Assembly: GCA_010356995.1 (NCBI GenBank)
Contig: ML996691.1
Span: forward strand, 874,174 to 938,173
Origin: Trichodelitschia bisporula
Lineage: Eukaryota
Reading direction: 5' to 3'
DNA length: 64,000 bases
The notes under the pieces were generated by a model, which saw nothing but the letters and a program-made list of their open reading frames with translations, was not told where the DNA came from and did no database searches. This document shows, piece by piece, positions 25,553-37,533 of the stretch. The position numbers were made by a program, and so were the translations under genes. Numbering within the stretch: the first letter of the stretch is position 1; each line of letters starts with the position of its first letter.

Positions 25553-26011
25553 CTCAACGGGTGAAGGGAAGAAACTGGGATTTTCTTTGGTCGTTTTCCT
25601 TTCTGTAGGGTCGATGGGAGGTCGTTTTCTTTAATTGGGACGGAACGGGGACGCGGCTGAGGCAGCCTCGCTGGCGGAAAAAGCGGTGCCTCGCGAATGG
25701 TGGTGGTGGTGGTGGTCGCTGTCATCAACCCGCGGGATCTGGATTAGTACCTGTACATACTACAATGCATGCATCACTACATCCATCTCTTGCCTTAGAT
25801 ACACAACTTTAATCCTCGACTTCTCTTCCGCACTTCATCAGACGTTGTTAAATTAAGCCTCACCCGCCGCATTCCAACGCCACGCAATCAATCTGCCCGC
25901 CGTTGCGCACAGACCCACGTGTACTATCCCGGCCCAAAAAAAAAGTTGCAGGCTCGAACACGACGAGTCCGTCTGTCCACCAGCGTACTACACAGCGTCA
26001 CAGCAACCACA

Positions 26012-27911
26012 ATGCCGCCCACACGCCTTGCCTCGCCGCCGCGCACGCGCGCAGACGACACAGATACCCCCTTTGCGGGATTTGACGACACGAATTCCGA
26101 TTCTGACGTCGAAATGGCGGACAAGGACGATGAGGAGGCGGCGCTCGAGCGCGCCGTGTTTGGCGACCGGGCCGGGTTTTTCAGTGGGATTGAGGACATG
26201 GCGAGGAGTACGGGGAAGGAAATGGTGCTGCATGAGGGCGGTGAAGAGGAGGGGGGAGAGCGCGAGGGCATGGAGGGACTGGAGGATGCGGATGTGAGTT
26301 TCTCAAGCTTCGGGCTGGAGTGAAGCTAATGCGGGCAGCTGTTTATGATTGATACTGCTGGCGTCACGGTCGACCTGCCCTCGGCCGACGAGGAGAGCGA
26401 TACGGAAGCTGCTGCGCAAGCGGCGTGGGATGACAGCGGGGATGAGCGCGTGGCCGTGTCTCTCGCGACGGGCGGGGCAAGGTTACGCAAGCTAAGGCGC
26501 ACGGAGGTAGAGGATGTGGTCAGCGGAAGGGAATACTCAAGGCGGCTGAGGAAGCAGTATGCCATCCCATTCCTGTGCTTGACAGGACTCGGAAGCTAAT
26601 TGCGCCAGGTTCGCACTCCTCCATCCCACGCCAGCCTGGGCCACGCAGTCGCCCGCGAAGAAGCGCCGCATGTCGGCAGGCGACGACTCGAGCGCCGAGG
26701 AGTCCGCAGACGAGGCCGACGTCTCTGCCATGCCGCTCGCGAAGCTCCTGCGCGACGCCGAGGCGCTGAGTGGTGCCGCCCCGGCGGTGCCAGGGAAGAA
26801 GCGCAAGCTGAGGTCGGAGATTATCGAGATCCAGCGGCTGCGGGATATATGCGGCAACGGACCCGTTCGTACCCTCCCCGCTCCCCTAAACCACACCACT
26901 AACCCTAACTAGTCCGCAATAACAACCCTCCAAATCCACCCCACCCTCCCCCTCCTCCTCGCCTCCGGCCCCAGCTCCACAATGTCACTCTACCACCTGT
27001 CCCCGCAACCACCGAACCCAAACCCCCTCTTGACATCGCTACACATCGCCCACACACCCCTCACATCCACAGTCTTCCACCCCTCCCCCGCCGATCCGCG
27101 CATCTTCCTCTCCGCCCGCCGCCGCTACTTTCATATCTGGAATCTGGCCTCCGGGCGTGTGGAACGCATCTCGCGCCTCTCGCCGCACCCGGCTGAGCAG
27201 CGATCTACCGAGACACTCCGCGTCTCCCCCGACGGCACCTACATTGCCCTGCAAGGGTCCGCCCGCAAAGGAGGTGGTGTCATCAACGTTTTGTCAGCTA
27301 GTACAGCGCAGTGGATCGCAGCTGCGCGCGTCGATGCTGCGGGGGGGATTGCGGATTTTGTCTGGTGGGCTGATGGCCGCGGCTTCACTGTGCTGGGGAA
27401 GAATGGCGCGGTTACGGAGTGGGAAGTCGAGAGTCGGTCTGCTGTGGCGCGCTGGGTTGATCAGGGCGCCGTCGGGAGCACGACGCTCGCGCTTGGTGGC
27501 GCCGCTGTGCATGGCCTTGGTGGGGATCGCTGGGTTGCAGTGGGCAGTTCGAGCGGCGTGGTCAATGTGTACGACCGGCGGGCCCTCGCCGCTACGTGCG
27601 CGGCTGAGGAGGGGAAGACGGTGCACCCCGCCCCGCTGCGGGTGCTGGATCAGCTTACCACCCCCGTGAGCCATCTTGCTTTCTCCCCTGACGGACAGGT
27701 TATGGCAATGGCGAGTCGGTGGAAGGCGGATGCGCTGAGACTGGTGCACTTGCCTAGTTGTGCGGTTTATCGGAATTGGCCGACTAGTAAGACGCCTTTG
27801 GGACGGGTTAGTGCGGTGAGTTGGGGGGCGCATGGCGGGGAGAGCGGGGGGAGTGTGCTGGTTGTTGGGAATGAACAGGGGAAGATTAGGGCTTGGGAGG
27901 TTTGCGGGTGA
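26012..27911 (+). CDS. UTP18: U3 snoRNP/SSU processome WD40 protein Utp18; three introns
   Basis: DKDDEEAALERAVFGD, AAWDDSGDER, RLRKLR, EYSRRLRKQ|F..LHPTP.WA, DALRLVHLPSCAVYRNWPTSKTPLGRV, GNEQGKIR.WE. Confidence 0.93.
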
Positions 27912-27965
27912 TAGGGATGGAAGGGATTGTATCATTGGGTTCATGGATGACAACGGTGGAGATGG

Positions 27966-28612
27966 ATGGACTACTGTAGTGTGAAGTGGCAGTCTGAACC
28001 TAATATCAACATCCAGTCCCAGCAAAGGGCGATGAACACCGTCTAAGCTACATCCCGGCTGCATCGTTGCTTTCATCAATGAAATGGTGTAGCCGGATAG
28101 ACGGATGTAGACACCTAAGGCAAGTATGACATCAAAAGCAACAGAGGCATCGTTGGGAAGTGGCGTGTCAGACTAGGGAAAGTAACATGTCAGTGTGGAA
28201 GGCATACACGATGGAAAGGTGCGTATGATGGGAGGAAGGTACGCATGACGAGAGGAGTGGACATACGGACTAGCGCCTATATATTTCAATTTGGCTTCGC
28301 CTCTCTCTCTCTCTCTTTCCTCTCTTTGTCTTTGTATCATCTTTCACTTCGCATAGCAGCCATTTCACACGTCAAGCCTCTGCTTCCATTATGGACTACC
28401 ATAGTGTGACATGGTAGCCAGATTCTAATATCATCTCCGATTCCCAACGAAGGGCTCCAAACACCATCTAAGCAACATCCGACTGCAAAGTCGCTTTCCT
28501 CAACGAAAGGGTGAAGATCGACAGGCTCCAGTGAGATGCTAGTTCAGTCCGAACCCAGATATCATCTCCCAGTCCCAGCCTTAAGACTCCGAAACACCGT
28601 CTAAATATGTCC
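27966..28612. repeat. Diverged direct repeat of about 135 bp: copies ~27966-28100 and ~28391-28525, partial copy ~28546-28612
   Basis: Shared blocks ATGGACTAC..TAGTGTGA, ATATCA..., TCCCA, AACACCRTCTAA and GCTTTC.TCAA.GAAA. A (CT)n tract at ~28300-28316 lies between copies 1 and 2. Confidence 0.8.
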
Positions 28613-30071
28613 CAATCCTAACATTCCCCTCTTCACCTACCTTAATCCTCACCTCCGCCGCCTTCCTCAGCCGATTCATAACCGCCGCCGCAACATCCCC
28701 CGCCCCATCCTCAATCCCCTCCACAAGTATCACCTCAACCCCACATCCATCCAGCGCCCTCAGCGCGCCAAACAGTCCCCTTCCCACATCCGCCGCATCA
28801 GGACCCAGATGCACATCCCATATTTCCACCCCTCTCTCTTCCACTGTCATCATGCGGCACCGCGGCTCCGCAGCATCTACCTCTTCGTCCGCCTCATTCG
28901 TCATTTCCTCCCCTGCCTCATCCCCCAACGCCTCCCACCTCGCCGTGCGAATCACTCCCAAACGAGCACACCCGCCAAGATCTATCCTACTCAAAGTCCT
29001 AGCCGGCGCCTCGAACAGCACCACCCGCGCCCTGGGCGCGTAGTGGCGGTACTTCATCCCGGGTGCGCGCGGCTTGTACACCTCCTTTCCCCCTGCGCCT
29101 TCCTCCCCATCCCGGTATCCCACCACCGTAACTTCCCACCCAGGCACCTTCCTCAGCTCCCCGATCCCCACGCCACCTGGCCGCAGCACGGCGGGCGGCG
29201 AGGATAGCCCGTCTACGACTGTGCTTTCCACGCCTACGCCGCAGGGGCCACCGTCTAGCACCGCTGCTATACGTCCGTTTAAGTCGGCGAGAACGTGCGC
29301 GGCTGTGGTGGGGGAAGGGCGGGTTGATGCGTTGGCTGAAGGTGCCGCCAGGGGTCGACCTGTCGCGGCGATGAGTGCGCGTGCTAAGGGCGAGGAAGGG
29401 ATCCGCGCGGCGAAGGTCGGCTGCCCCGCCGTCACCGCAGGAGCGAGGGGACTGTCAGGCGGGAGTGGGAGCAGGATCGTCAAGGGACCGGGCCAGAAGC
29501 GCGGAAGGAGCGGCCGGTAGATTGCGGGGATGGGGTCGGAAGCGGGGTCAGCGGCCGGGGTGCCAGCGGTGCCTTCCCGCAGGAAGGACCGTAGCTGTGT
29601 CAGGTCCGCGAAGTGCACGATAAGCGGGTTATCCGCCGGCCGTTGCTTAGCGGCGTAGATACCGGCCACGGCATCGGGATTCGTAGCGTCGGCGGCGAGG
29701 CCGTAGACTGTTTCCGTGGGGAAGGCGACGGGGGAAGCGGTGGACTGGAGGAGGGCGGCGGCGTGGAGGAGGTTGTGCGCCGAGGGCGTGTTTGGGAGGT
29801 GCAGGGCGAAGTGGTCCAGGCTGTCTGGGAGGGGGCCTAGGTCGGCGGGGGAGATGGGGAGGAGGGCGGTTCGGAGGGTGGGGTTTTCTGCTGATGTGGT
29901 TGCTGCTTCTGTGTTTGAGGGCATGGTTGTTTGTGAGGTGGAGGTTGCCGTGGTAGCTGGCGTAGGAGGCGGTGTGGCGGTCATGGTGGTGGCTTTGGAG
30001 CGGGTGTTGGGCGTGCGAAAGAGGGCCGTCGTGAGTGTGCGGAGGAGGGCATTGGGGCGTGAAGGACGCAT
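28581..30071 (-). CDS. SUA5: Threonylcarbamoyl-AMP synthase Sua5 (YrdC plus SUA5 domain)
   Basis: VAFPTETVYGLAADA, AAKQRPADNPLIVH, FWPGPLTI, AAPSANAS.RPSPT, GVESTVVD, APGMKYRHYAP, AVMNRLRKAA. Confidence 0.96.
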   Translation of the reverse strand: MRPSRPNALLRTLTTALFRTPNTRSKATTMTATPPPTPATTATSTSQTTMPSNTEAATTSAENPTLRTALLPISPADLGPLPDSLDHFALHLPNTPSAHNLLHAAALLQSTASPVAFPTETVYGLAADATNPDAVAGIYAAKQRPADNPLIVHFADLTQLRSFLREGTAGTPAADPASDPIPAIYRPLLPRFWPGPLTILLPLPPDSPLAPAVTAGQPTFAARIPSSPLARALIAATGRPLAAPSANASTRPSPTTAAHVLADLNGRIAAVLDGGPCGVGVESTVVDGLSSPPAVLRPGGVGIGELRKVPGWEVTVVGYRDGEEGAGGKEVYKPRAPGMKYRHYAPRARVVLFEAPARTLSRIDLGGCARLGVIRTARWEALGDEAGEEMTNEADEEVDAAEPRCRMMTVEERGVEIWDVHLGPDAADVGRGLFGALRALDGCGVEVILVEGIEDGAGDVAAAVMNRLRKAAEVRIKVGEEGNVRIGTYLDGVSES

Positions 30072-30425
30072 GTGCCTGGCTACAGTGGTGGAGTCAGAGC
30101 GGGCGCAAAATTGGGCGTTGAGAAACGTTTTTCCGCGCCGGGGTAAGGTAAGGCTGAAAGGTGGCGAGGCTGGAGGGTGGAGGGTAGAGGGGGACGGGTG
30201 AGGTCTTCAGGAACTGTAATATGACGATATTGCGTTATGACAGGTCGCTTGGTCGTGCACAAGGACACGTCCGGCGCTGAAAACATCGCGCTGACGTATC
30301 TCTGCGGCTCACTAGCACGATACTGGATGCAAAAGTGGAATCCGTCATTAAGCTCAAAGGGGGATCGTAACCCAACAGCAAAACACTCGGCCCAAATTGC
30401 AAGTCCGCGCTGTAGCTCAACCGCC

Positions 30426-33400
30426 TCAGTACCTCCTAGAACGCCTCAACACTCGACCCCCTGGCTCGATATGCCAATCGTCTTCTACAAAATCGTCATC
30501 GCCCCCATGCCTCGGATCGATGGTTACACGCCTCACAGGTCTCGGCTGCAAGCCCATAACACCCATCGTCCCCGAATGCGGCGCCATGCCCGGGTACGGC
30601 GACATCCCTGGATACGGCGGCGGAGGTTCGCCAAACAGCGGGTCACTCGGACCAGGTGGACCGGGTGGACCCGGGTGGCCTCCCGCCGGAGGCGACGTCG
30701 AAGGCCGACGTCCCGACAACTTGCGGAACCCGCCCCAGAAGCGATCCAGCTCGCCCGTCCACAGAAGAGTGAGGCCGATAACCAGGGCGGTGAGAGGCAG
30801 AGCCGCTGCCCAGAAGGCCCACTGCTTGGCCTTCATGTCGCGCACGTCGGCGGTGTTGATGCCGAAGATGCTGGCGACGGTGCTGAAGGGCAAAAAGACA
30901 ATGGTCACGACAGTGAAGGCGTAGATGGCATTTTCGCGCCGGTCTTTGTTGTGGTCAATACGAGAGAGGTTCTACCGGGGGTTAGAGGAAGCCTAAATGT
31001 GAATGTATCATAGGGATGGGGTACGCACCAGGGCGACGAGATCGTCGGCACGGTCGGAGATGTGGTCGAATTCTGAGAGCCGAGCGTTCACCCAGGATCG
31101 GCAGTCTTGCAGCAGCAGGCCCCTGATGCCGGCTGAGTCTTCGATGTTGAGGTTTGAGGATGACGTGCCTTTCATAACGATTGAGGGTCTGGGGATAATT
31201 GACGCGCCGGTAGCGGTGGCGGTAACGTAGCCGGCGTATGAGCGGGAGCGGCTCCGGCTCCCGGATGTATCGCGCTCTTCGACGACCTGAGTGGTTTGGT
31301 GCTGGATAGTGCGCAGCTGTTCGCGGAGTGTCTTTTCAATGATGGAGAGCTCTTGTTTGAGGCAGGATATGCTCTCTTGATGTCTGCGGTCTAGGGGGTT
31401 GGCTGCGATGTTCCTTTGCTTAACGCATGTTAGTTGGGAAACTACTTAAGACTGTATGCACTTACGAGCTGAACAATATAGTTTCTGTAGATTTCCGTAA
31501 TGTCTGTTCCTGGAGCTGGGTGATCCTTCAGCATATGAAGGCTGAGCACCGAAGCCAAGTCAGTTGCCGAGAACACGAGGTAGTCGGAAAGGCTCTTCTG
31601 CATGACACCTTGGATCATCTCATTGGCGCCACTTTCTATCAGCAGTCTGCAATTCTCCCACTGGCCCTCGGCGTTGACGTCCGACTTGGAAGCATATATT
31701 AGGCCCATGAGGAGGTGCGGCCAAGACCGGTAAAAGTCCTCGGATACTTCTATAGCATTGCGCTCAGATGTCTGAGCCGGTGAGAACAGCTCTACGAATG
31801 GGTTTACTCGGCGGATGAGTCTCTCCAGGGTCTCCGTTACCTCCATGAGACCCTCACCGTCTATTTTGCCGGCGTCAGAGTCGGAAGACTTCGTTTTCTT
31901 GGAGGGCGTGGTCGATCTGGCACGGGACTTTTGTTCGTCGCCATTGTTGTCTTTTTGGTCCGTGACGTCCGGTCCCTGAATTGTGTGAGCCAGAAGGCGA
32001 CTACATGTCGAGCAACTTACAAAAAGAAGCTGGTAAACAGCGCCCCAAAATTTCTGCACGGTGGGAGCTTCAACATCAAATGGTAGGAAGAACTCAAACA
32101 TGGCTCCAGTCACGTTAAACAAACAGACCTTCGTAGCGTGAAAGATGGCGGCTTCGTCCTTTTCGTCTTTGGCGCCAGACACGGTTTCATTCTCGGCCGA
32201 TAATCGTTCGTACACCGCAGCTCTTGTCTTCAAGGGGCAAGCATTGTAGACTAGTCGATCAGAAAGTTTGGTTCGATACCGCAGATACTGGTCGATATCT
32301 CGAAGATCCGCTTTGAAAGCGTCATCGTTGATGGCAGTGGGTAGAGCTAGAGAGTTACTTGTGGATGCGGGCGCATCAATCTCATCAGGTTCCTCAGAAG
32401 AAGACGGGTAGGTGTTGATCCATGTGAACACCTGGAACTGTTCTGGAAATTGGGACATAGGTGGTGGCAAGGGGCTAGGAGCGCCCACTCGCCTAGCAGC
32501 GGCGTCACCTCCAGCAGGGGCGCCATCCGAGAAAGTCGCCTGCTCACCGGACATCTGAATTCTCACAGTTTTGGACTGCGGTGGCGGTGCAACTCCAGTT
32601 TTGGGGGTTGCTCCTGCAATGTCAGGTTTTGCGCTTCCCGTGGCGGACTGGGATTTTCCAACGTTAGGTGGAGGCACAGCAGTCGAAGGCGCCGAGACAC
32701 CAGCCGTAGACTGCGCTTCCTCAGCGCTAGACTTCGAAGCACTAACTGGAGTCTGCGATTCACCAGTGGCAGACAGTGGCGCCCCAGCCGTGGATTGCGA
32801 TTCTCCAGTGCTAGCCTGTGGCAGATCAACTGTAGATTTCGGATCGCCCTTACTGGGAGGTGGTGCTTCAGTGCTAGGTTGTGGCACCCTAGCTGCAGTA
32901 TTCGAATCGCCAGCACCGGGCGGCGGTCCTTCAGTGCTAGGTTGTACTACGGCGTCATCCAATAGAGACTCCCCAGAGCTGAGAGGCGATCTTGCGGTAC
33001 TCGCCAGTGATTGCCCTGCACTGACCTGCGGCCCGGGGGGGCTAGGACGCGGCTCCTCCGTGTTGACTTGCGGCCCAGGAGTGCTAGGCCGCTGCGCTCC
33101 AGCAGAAGCTTGAGGCTGGGGTTCTTTGGGAGCAGACGGAGCAGCTGGAGTGCTTGGCTTGCTTGCTGGAATAGGATACAAGTCTTCGGGTAGAATACTT
33201 CGGATAGGTCGCTTGGGTACAGCCCTAAGGCCGGTTAGCAGGATAGTCACCGAGGATGGCGAACACACCATGAATCCAAGTAGAGATGGATCTGGGTCCG
33301 TTCCGCTGCCGACACGACCTTGGACCAGTCGGTCTGGCCGATTGTCTTTCCGTTGTATTTGATATTGCCCCTGCGGGGAAAGAACTCTCGGAAATGAGAC

Positions 33401-35602
33401 ATGAATGCCTCGCGGGATTAGCGATGGCCAACGTGTAATACCCGAGAGGAAATGGCACATACAAACCATGTTTGACACTCGGATAGCGGTAACGCCCAAC
33501 ACTGGTCATCCCCTCTGTGGACCAACAGTACGGCGCCCGAAGAAGACTGGTCTGGATGACCTTCCTTCCCTGATGTCGCCGAGGTTGCCTCTTTCACTGG
33601 GCCAGTGACGACCGCGGTGCCTTCAAACACTGAACGAGGTATTTCGGCACACGACACTACCAGTGCTATTCACATCAGCATCGTGTCAAGTGGCTCTGGC
33701 TTACTTACAATCTCCTACGACAAGACACCAGAGCTGAGCAATGTGAAAACAATGTTCAGGCTTCGCAGTGCCCAACATGCACACAGCCTGCTTCATGTCT
33801 TGTTCCCTAGAGGACAGTGAATTGTGCGCCTCGATGAGAGTTCTTGTCGGATGGGATGCTTTAGCCCTACTTTGCACATCCTGATACTTCTTCAGCGTGA
33901 AGTACGGGAGGCAGGTCCACGACACGTATTTAGTCGGAGTCGGTGCTCGCAGAGTCTCCGGCGGTATAGTTTCTTGCAGGTAACATGGCTCCATATACTT
34001 CATCTTCGAATTGCGGCTTGTAAGCAGAGGCCTGTCGTACTTGTGACGGAGACGGCGCAAAAGCGTGCTTATGGCCTTTTTCTCGGCTTCAGTGACCCGA
34101 GGTATGCGCAATATTTTCGTCTGCAACACCATTAGTCTCCGAACGCGGTTGGGGATCAGCTGGACATACCTCGAGATCATCAAGGTCCATCTTGGGATCT
34201 TCGAAATGGCTACAACAACCATGAGCGACTATCAGACGGCGGGTGAGTAACATACACCCATCGATAAAGACAGTTAATTCGCTTTTTCATGCCCAAAGCC
34301 AAAGCCGTCTTTTCGTCAATCATCGCCAGTCGACCAGACTGACTGCCTCCCGGAATGCCTTCTCCAATATATTGAGCTTCCGAAATCCATCGAATCTCAG
34401 GGGACAAGGACACGTCGCCGGTGCTGGGGCTGCGCTCGCTCTTCCCCGAGTGCACTGATACGGATCCGCTGCTGCTGTCCGGTAACACAGAGGCTCGTGA
34501 ATGGCGCCGGAGGGTAAAGGAGTACGCCCTGTCCACACTGCCATCGCTGTCGCTGTCGCTGTATGACGTGCTCTCGTGGTATCTCGGCCTCCTCATCCTA
34601 CTCCTGTCCCTATCCCTCGACCGAACGTCACTTCCCGAGCCACTCGCTGAGTCACTCTCCTCGGACGTTTCCTCAGAAATCTCCTCGATATAGTCATCTT
34701 TCCGTCGTCAGCATAATCGAAGCAAGTGAAAAGGCATAGATCACACCTGATGGTACGATCTCAGGAACAGGCTGGCGTGGAGGCGGAGGCATCTGGGCCT
34801 GATACATCGGCGCCCCGGGCGGGGGTGGCGGAGAAACATAAGGAGAAACATAAGGAGACCCAGGAGGAGGCATGGGCATGGCACCGTGTGGAAATGGAGG
34901 TGGAGGTGGAGGATAATACCCGCCCGCCACATAAGTTGGTCCCCCCGGAGCCACACCGCCGTACATCCTAAGAGATGAATTTTGCTGCAGGCTCCGCACG
35001 CGGTCTTCTCTGTAGCGCAGTTCTCGATTACGCGAGCTTTCTTCCATGCGTCTAAGCTCACGACGTGCCGCTTCCCGCCCGGCCCGATCGTCGCCCGAGT
35101 CGTACGCTCTGACGTTGTCGCGCGCTATTTCGAGGTCGTGCGCTCTTTCGAGGTCGCGTACTCTGTCTCTCGAGCTCTGGCGAGGGGGTTCGGGTATATG
35201 ATGATGAGACGGACCCACGTACCCACCCTGGAATGGGGCTGCCCACGGGCTCACAGCCGGATATTGGGGTGCGTAGGGATGATCTTCCTCAATGTAAGCA
35301 GTATCGCGCTCACGCGGTCTCCGCCTCTGACTCCGGCGGTCATTTACCGCACCGTCATAAGCCGAAAGATTGGACCCGACGCGTCCGATCCCCGGTATCG
35401 GCTCTTCCTGGACGTAGCCGCGCCTGCGCCCCGCCTCCGCGTCCTCGACCATAGAGCGCCTGCGTCGCGGAGCAGCATCCGCGAGATTCGAGCCCGCGCG
35501 GCGTAGCCGCTCAATCTCGTCCACTTCCTCCATTTCCCTCACATCTGGCCGGCGCGACCGCTGCGGGTGGTCATCCGAGTCGTCGACAGAGCTCCGCCGC
35601 AT
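30426..35602 (-). CDS. Large multi-exon protein (about 9 introns) with a C-terminal CorA/Mg2+-transporter-like two-TM module
   Basis: ORF-track pieces join through canonical introns. Motifs W..LPYF.L..Y, FHIAQLWCLVV and KFWGAV. C-terminal AIYAFTVVTIVFLPFSTVASIFGINTAD...FWAAALPLT. Confidence 0.78.
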
Positions 35603-37533
35603 TGTTTGGGCGGACAGATCGCGTTGTCGTCGCTAGCAGCCCGTTCAGACGACTAAAATTCACCCGCGCAAAGCAATGGCGGTGTCCAGCTTTAAAGCAG
35701 CACACACGCGCCCATCCTCGGAGCCTCGTGCATGGGTGGCGCACCTTAGCTCGCAGTTGAGTACAAGGGGCGCGCCATCCAATAGCGAGGAACGCGATCC
35801 CGGCGGCCTTCATGTTTGTGGCAATCGCCGCGCTCGCTGTTATGTACGCCCTGCGGCAGAGCTGCCTTCAGCCCCAACTACGATCAAATGCAAGGAGTTT
35901 GGGGTCCGGAAGTCATTGGTAGGAGGTGCGTCGGACTCGAGGCACTGCACGGAGGTTGTAGCTGAAAGAGGGGTTCTCGGCCAATACGAGCTTCGGAGGT
36001 CGAGTCCTGGACCGGACTCGGCCCATGCGGTTTTCCTGTCAGGTGCGGCTCGTTGACGATCACTGGACCCAAGAGTCCTCTGGCCTTGACGGAAGCGAGC
36101 TTGCAGAAGCTTCAAGTTGAACGAAATAGGCTGTCCATGGCAGATCACAGACGACGTCGCTGCCGCTGAGCCAGCAAGCCGGTGCAGCTTGGTGCGCCAA
36201 CCGCGCGGTTTGGACGTTGGAAACGAAGTTGAGTATCTGCCAACACTGATTGTCGTGATGTCAAGAAGAAAGCAAAAGGGTTGCAACTTGGATTGCAAAC
36301 TGAGATGAAGAGGAGGAGGGCTAAGTTACAACTGTTCTCGGGGACTTTGTCCCCAACGCTGTCAAGAAGCTAGTGCTCCGCTCCTTTCTCTTTAAGTTGA
36401 ATGTACGTCATAGTGGCAGCGCACCACAGCCCCAGCCCCAGCCCGCGAACTAAAGCATATCATCAAATCCTCAGTTTCCAATTATCAAGCCCAGATAACT
36501 GGCATGCTACCGTACAAATCAGGCGGACATACAGACATACAGACACACAGACACACAAACAAGCCATGAAGCCAAAGCAGCCTCGCATACCCACAAGTAA
36601 CAAAGCGCCAGTGCTAAGCAAATCCCAGTGTCCTCATTCCATCAAAACCGAAGAAAGTGTTCCCGTACAAATCAACCATGACCCACCCGGCCACCAGGTG
36701 CCCATGAGAACTGCTCTGTTTTTAGAGACCAGCAGGTTACAACTACCCAGCTGCTCTCTCAACGCCCGTCATGCGCTCGACTGGCTTCCGACGTGCTTCG
36801 CCACCTTGTCGGTGTTCGCCTTCGTCTTTTCCATGCACTCTGCTGTCTTTGGGACAGACACATGTAAGACCACTTCTGCCAACCGATCCACTCGTCCGCG
36901 TAGTACTCCAAGCGTCTCCTTGCACGCCCAGAAAGCGTCCTCAAGGAGGTCAGCGGCCAATTCAACACACTCCTCCTCTGCCTCAAGGTAACACTCGACG
37001 CAATTCTGATGAAATCCGAGACGAACCTGACAAAACAATGGGTTAACATCGCTGGTCCAGTGAGATGAGTCCATAACGAGTGGTACGGGGACGCGCCCCG
37101 GGATGGTAAACGCAGAGCATGTAGAACAAATGAAAACAAAGACGAGATAGGAAGATTGGATCGCTGCGCAAAGGATATCAACCGCATCAAAGCTCGACGC
37201 AAACATGGCCCATGTTCCCGCCCGAAGCTCCGTCAGACACCCAAATCAACGAGCCGTGCTTCCCAAACATAACGAGTCCCCTACATCCGCGCGCCGCCGA
37301 GACAGTAAAGTGTCCTTCTCAACAGAAGGGGGGTATCCAAATCGAATGCGAAGTCGCTTGCGCTCACCAGGCCGCGTGCCCTCATCATACACTCTCTCCC
37401 CATACATCGATGCCATGCGCGAGGCTTTAGGCGAAAACAGTAAGAGAATTCGTTGACGAAAATTACTAAAGGAAAACGGTCAATCATGCTCCGAGAGCCA
37501 ACGAAAGCACACCAATCGATCGCAAAAATCAGC

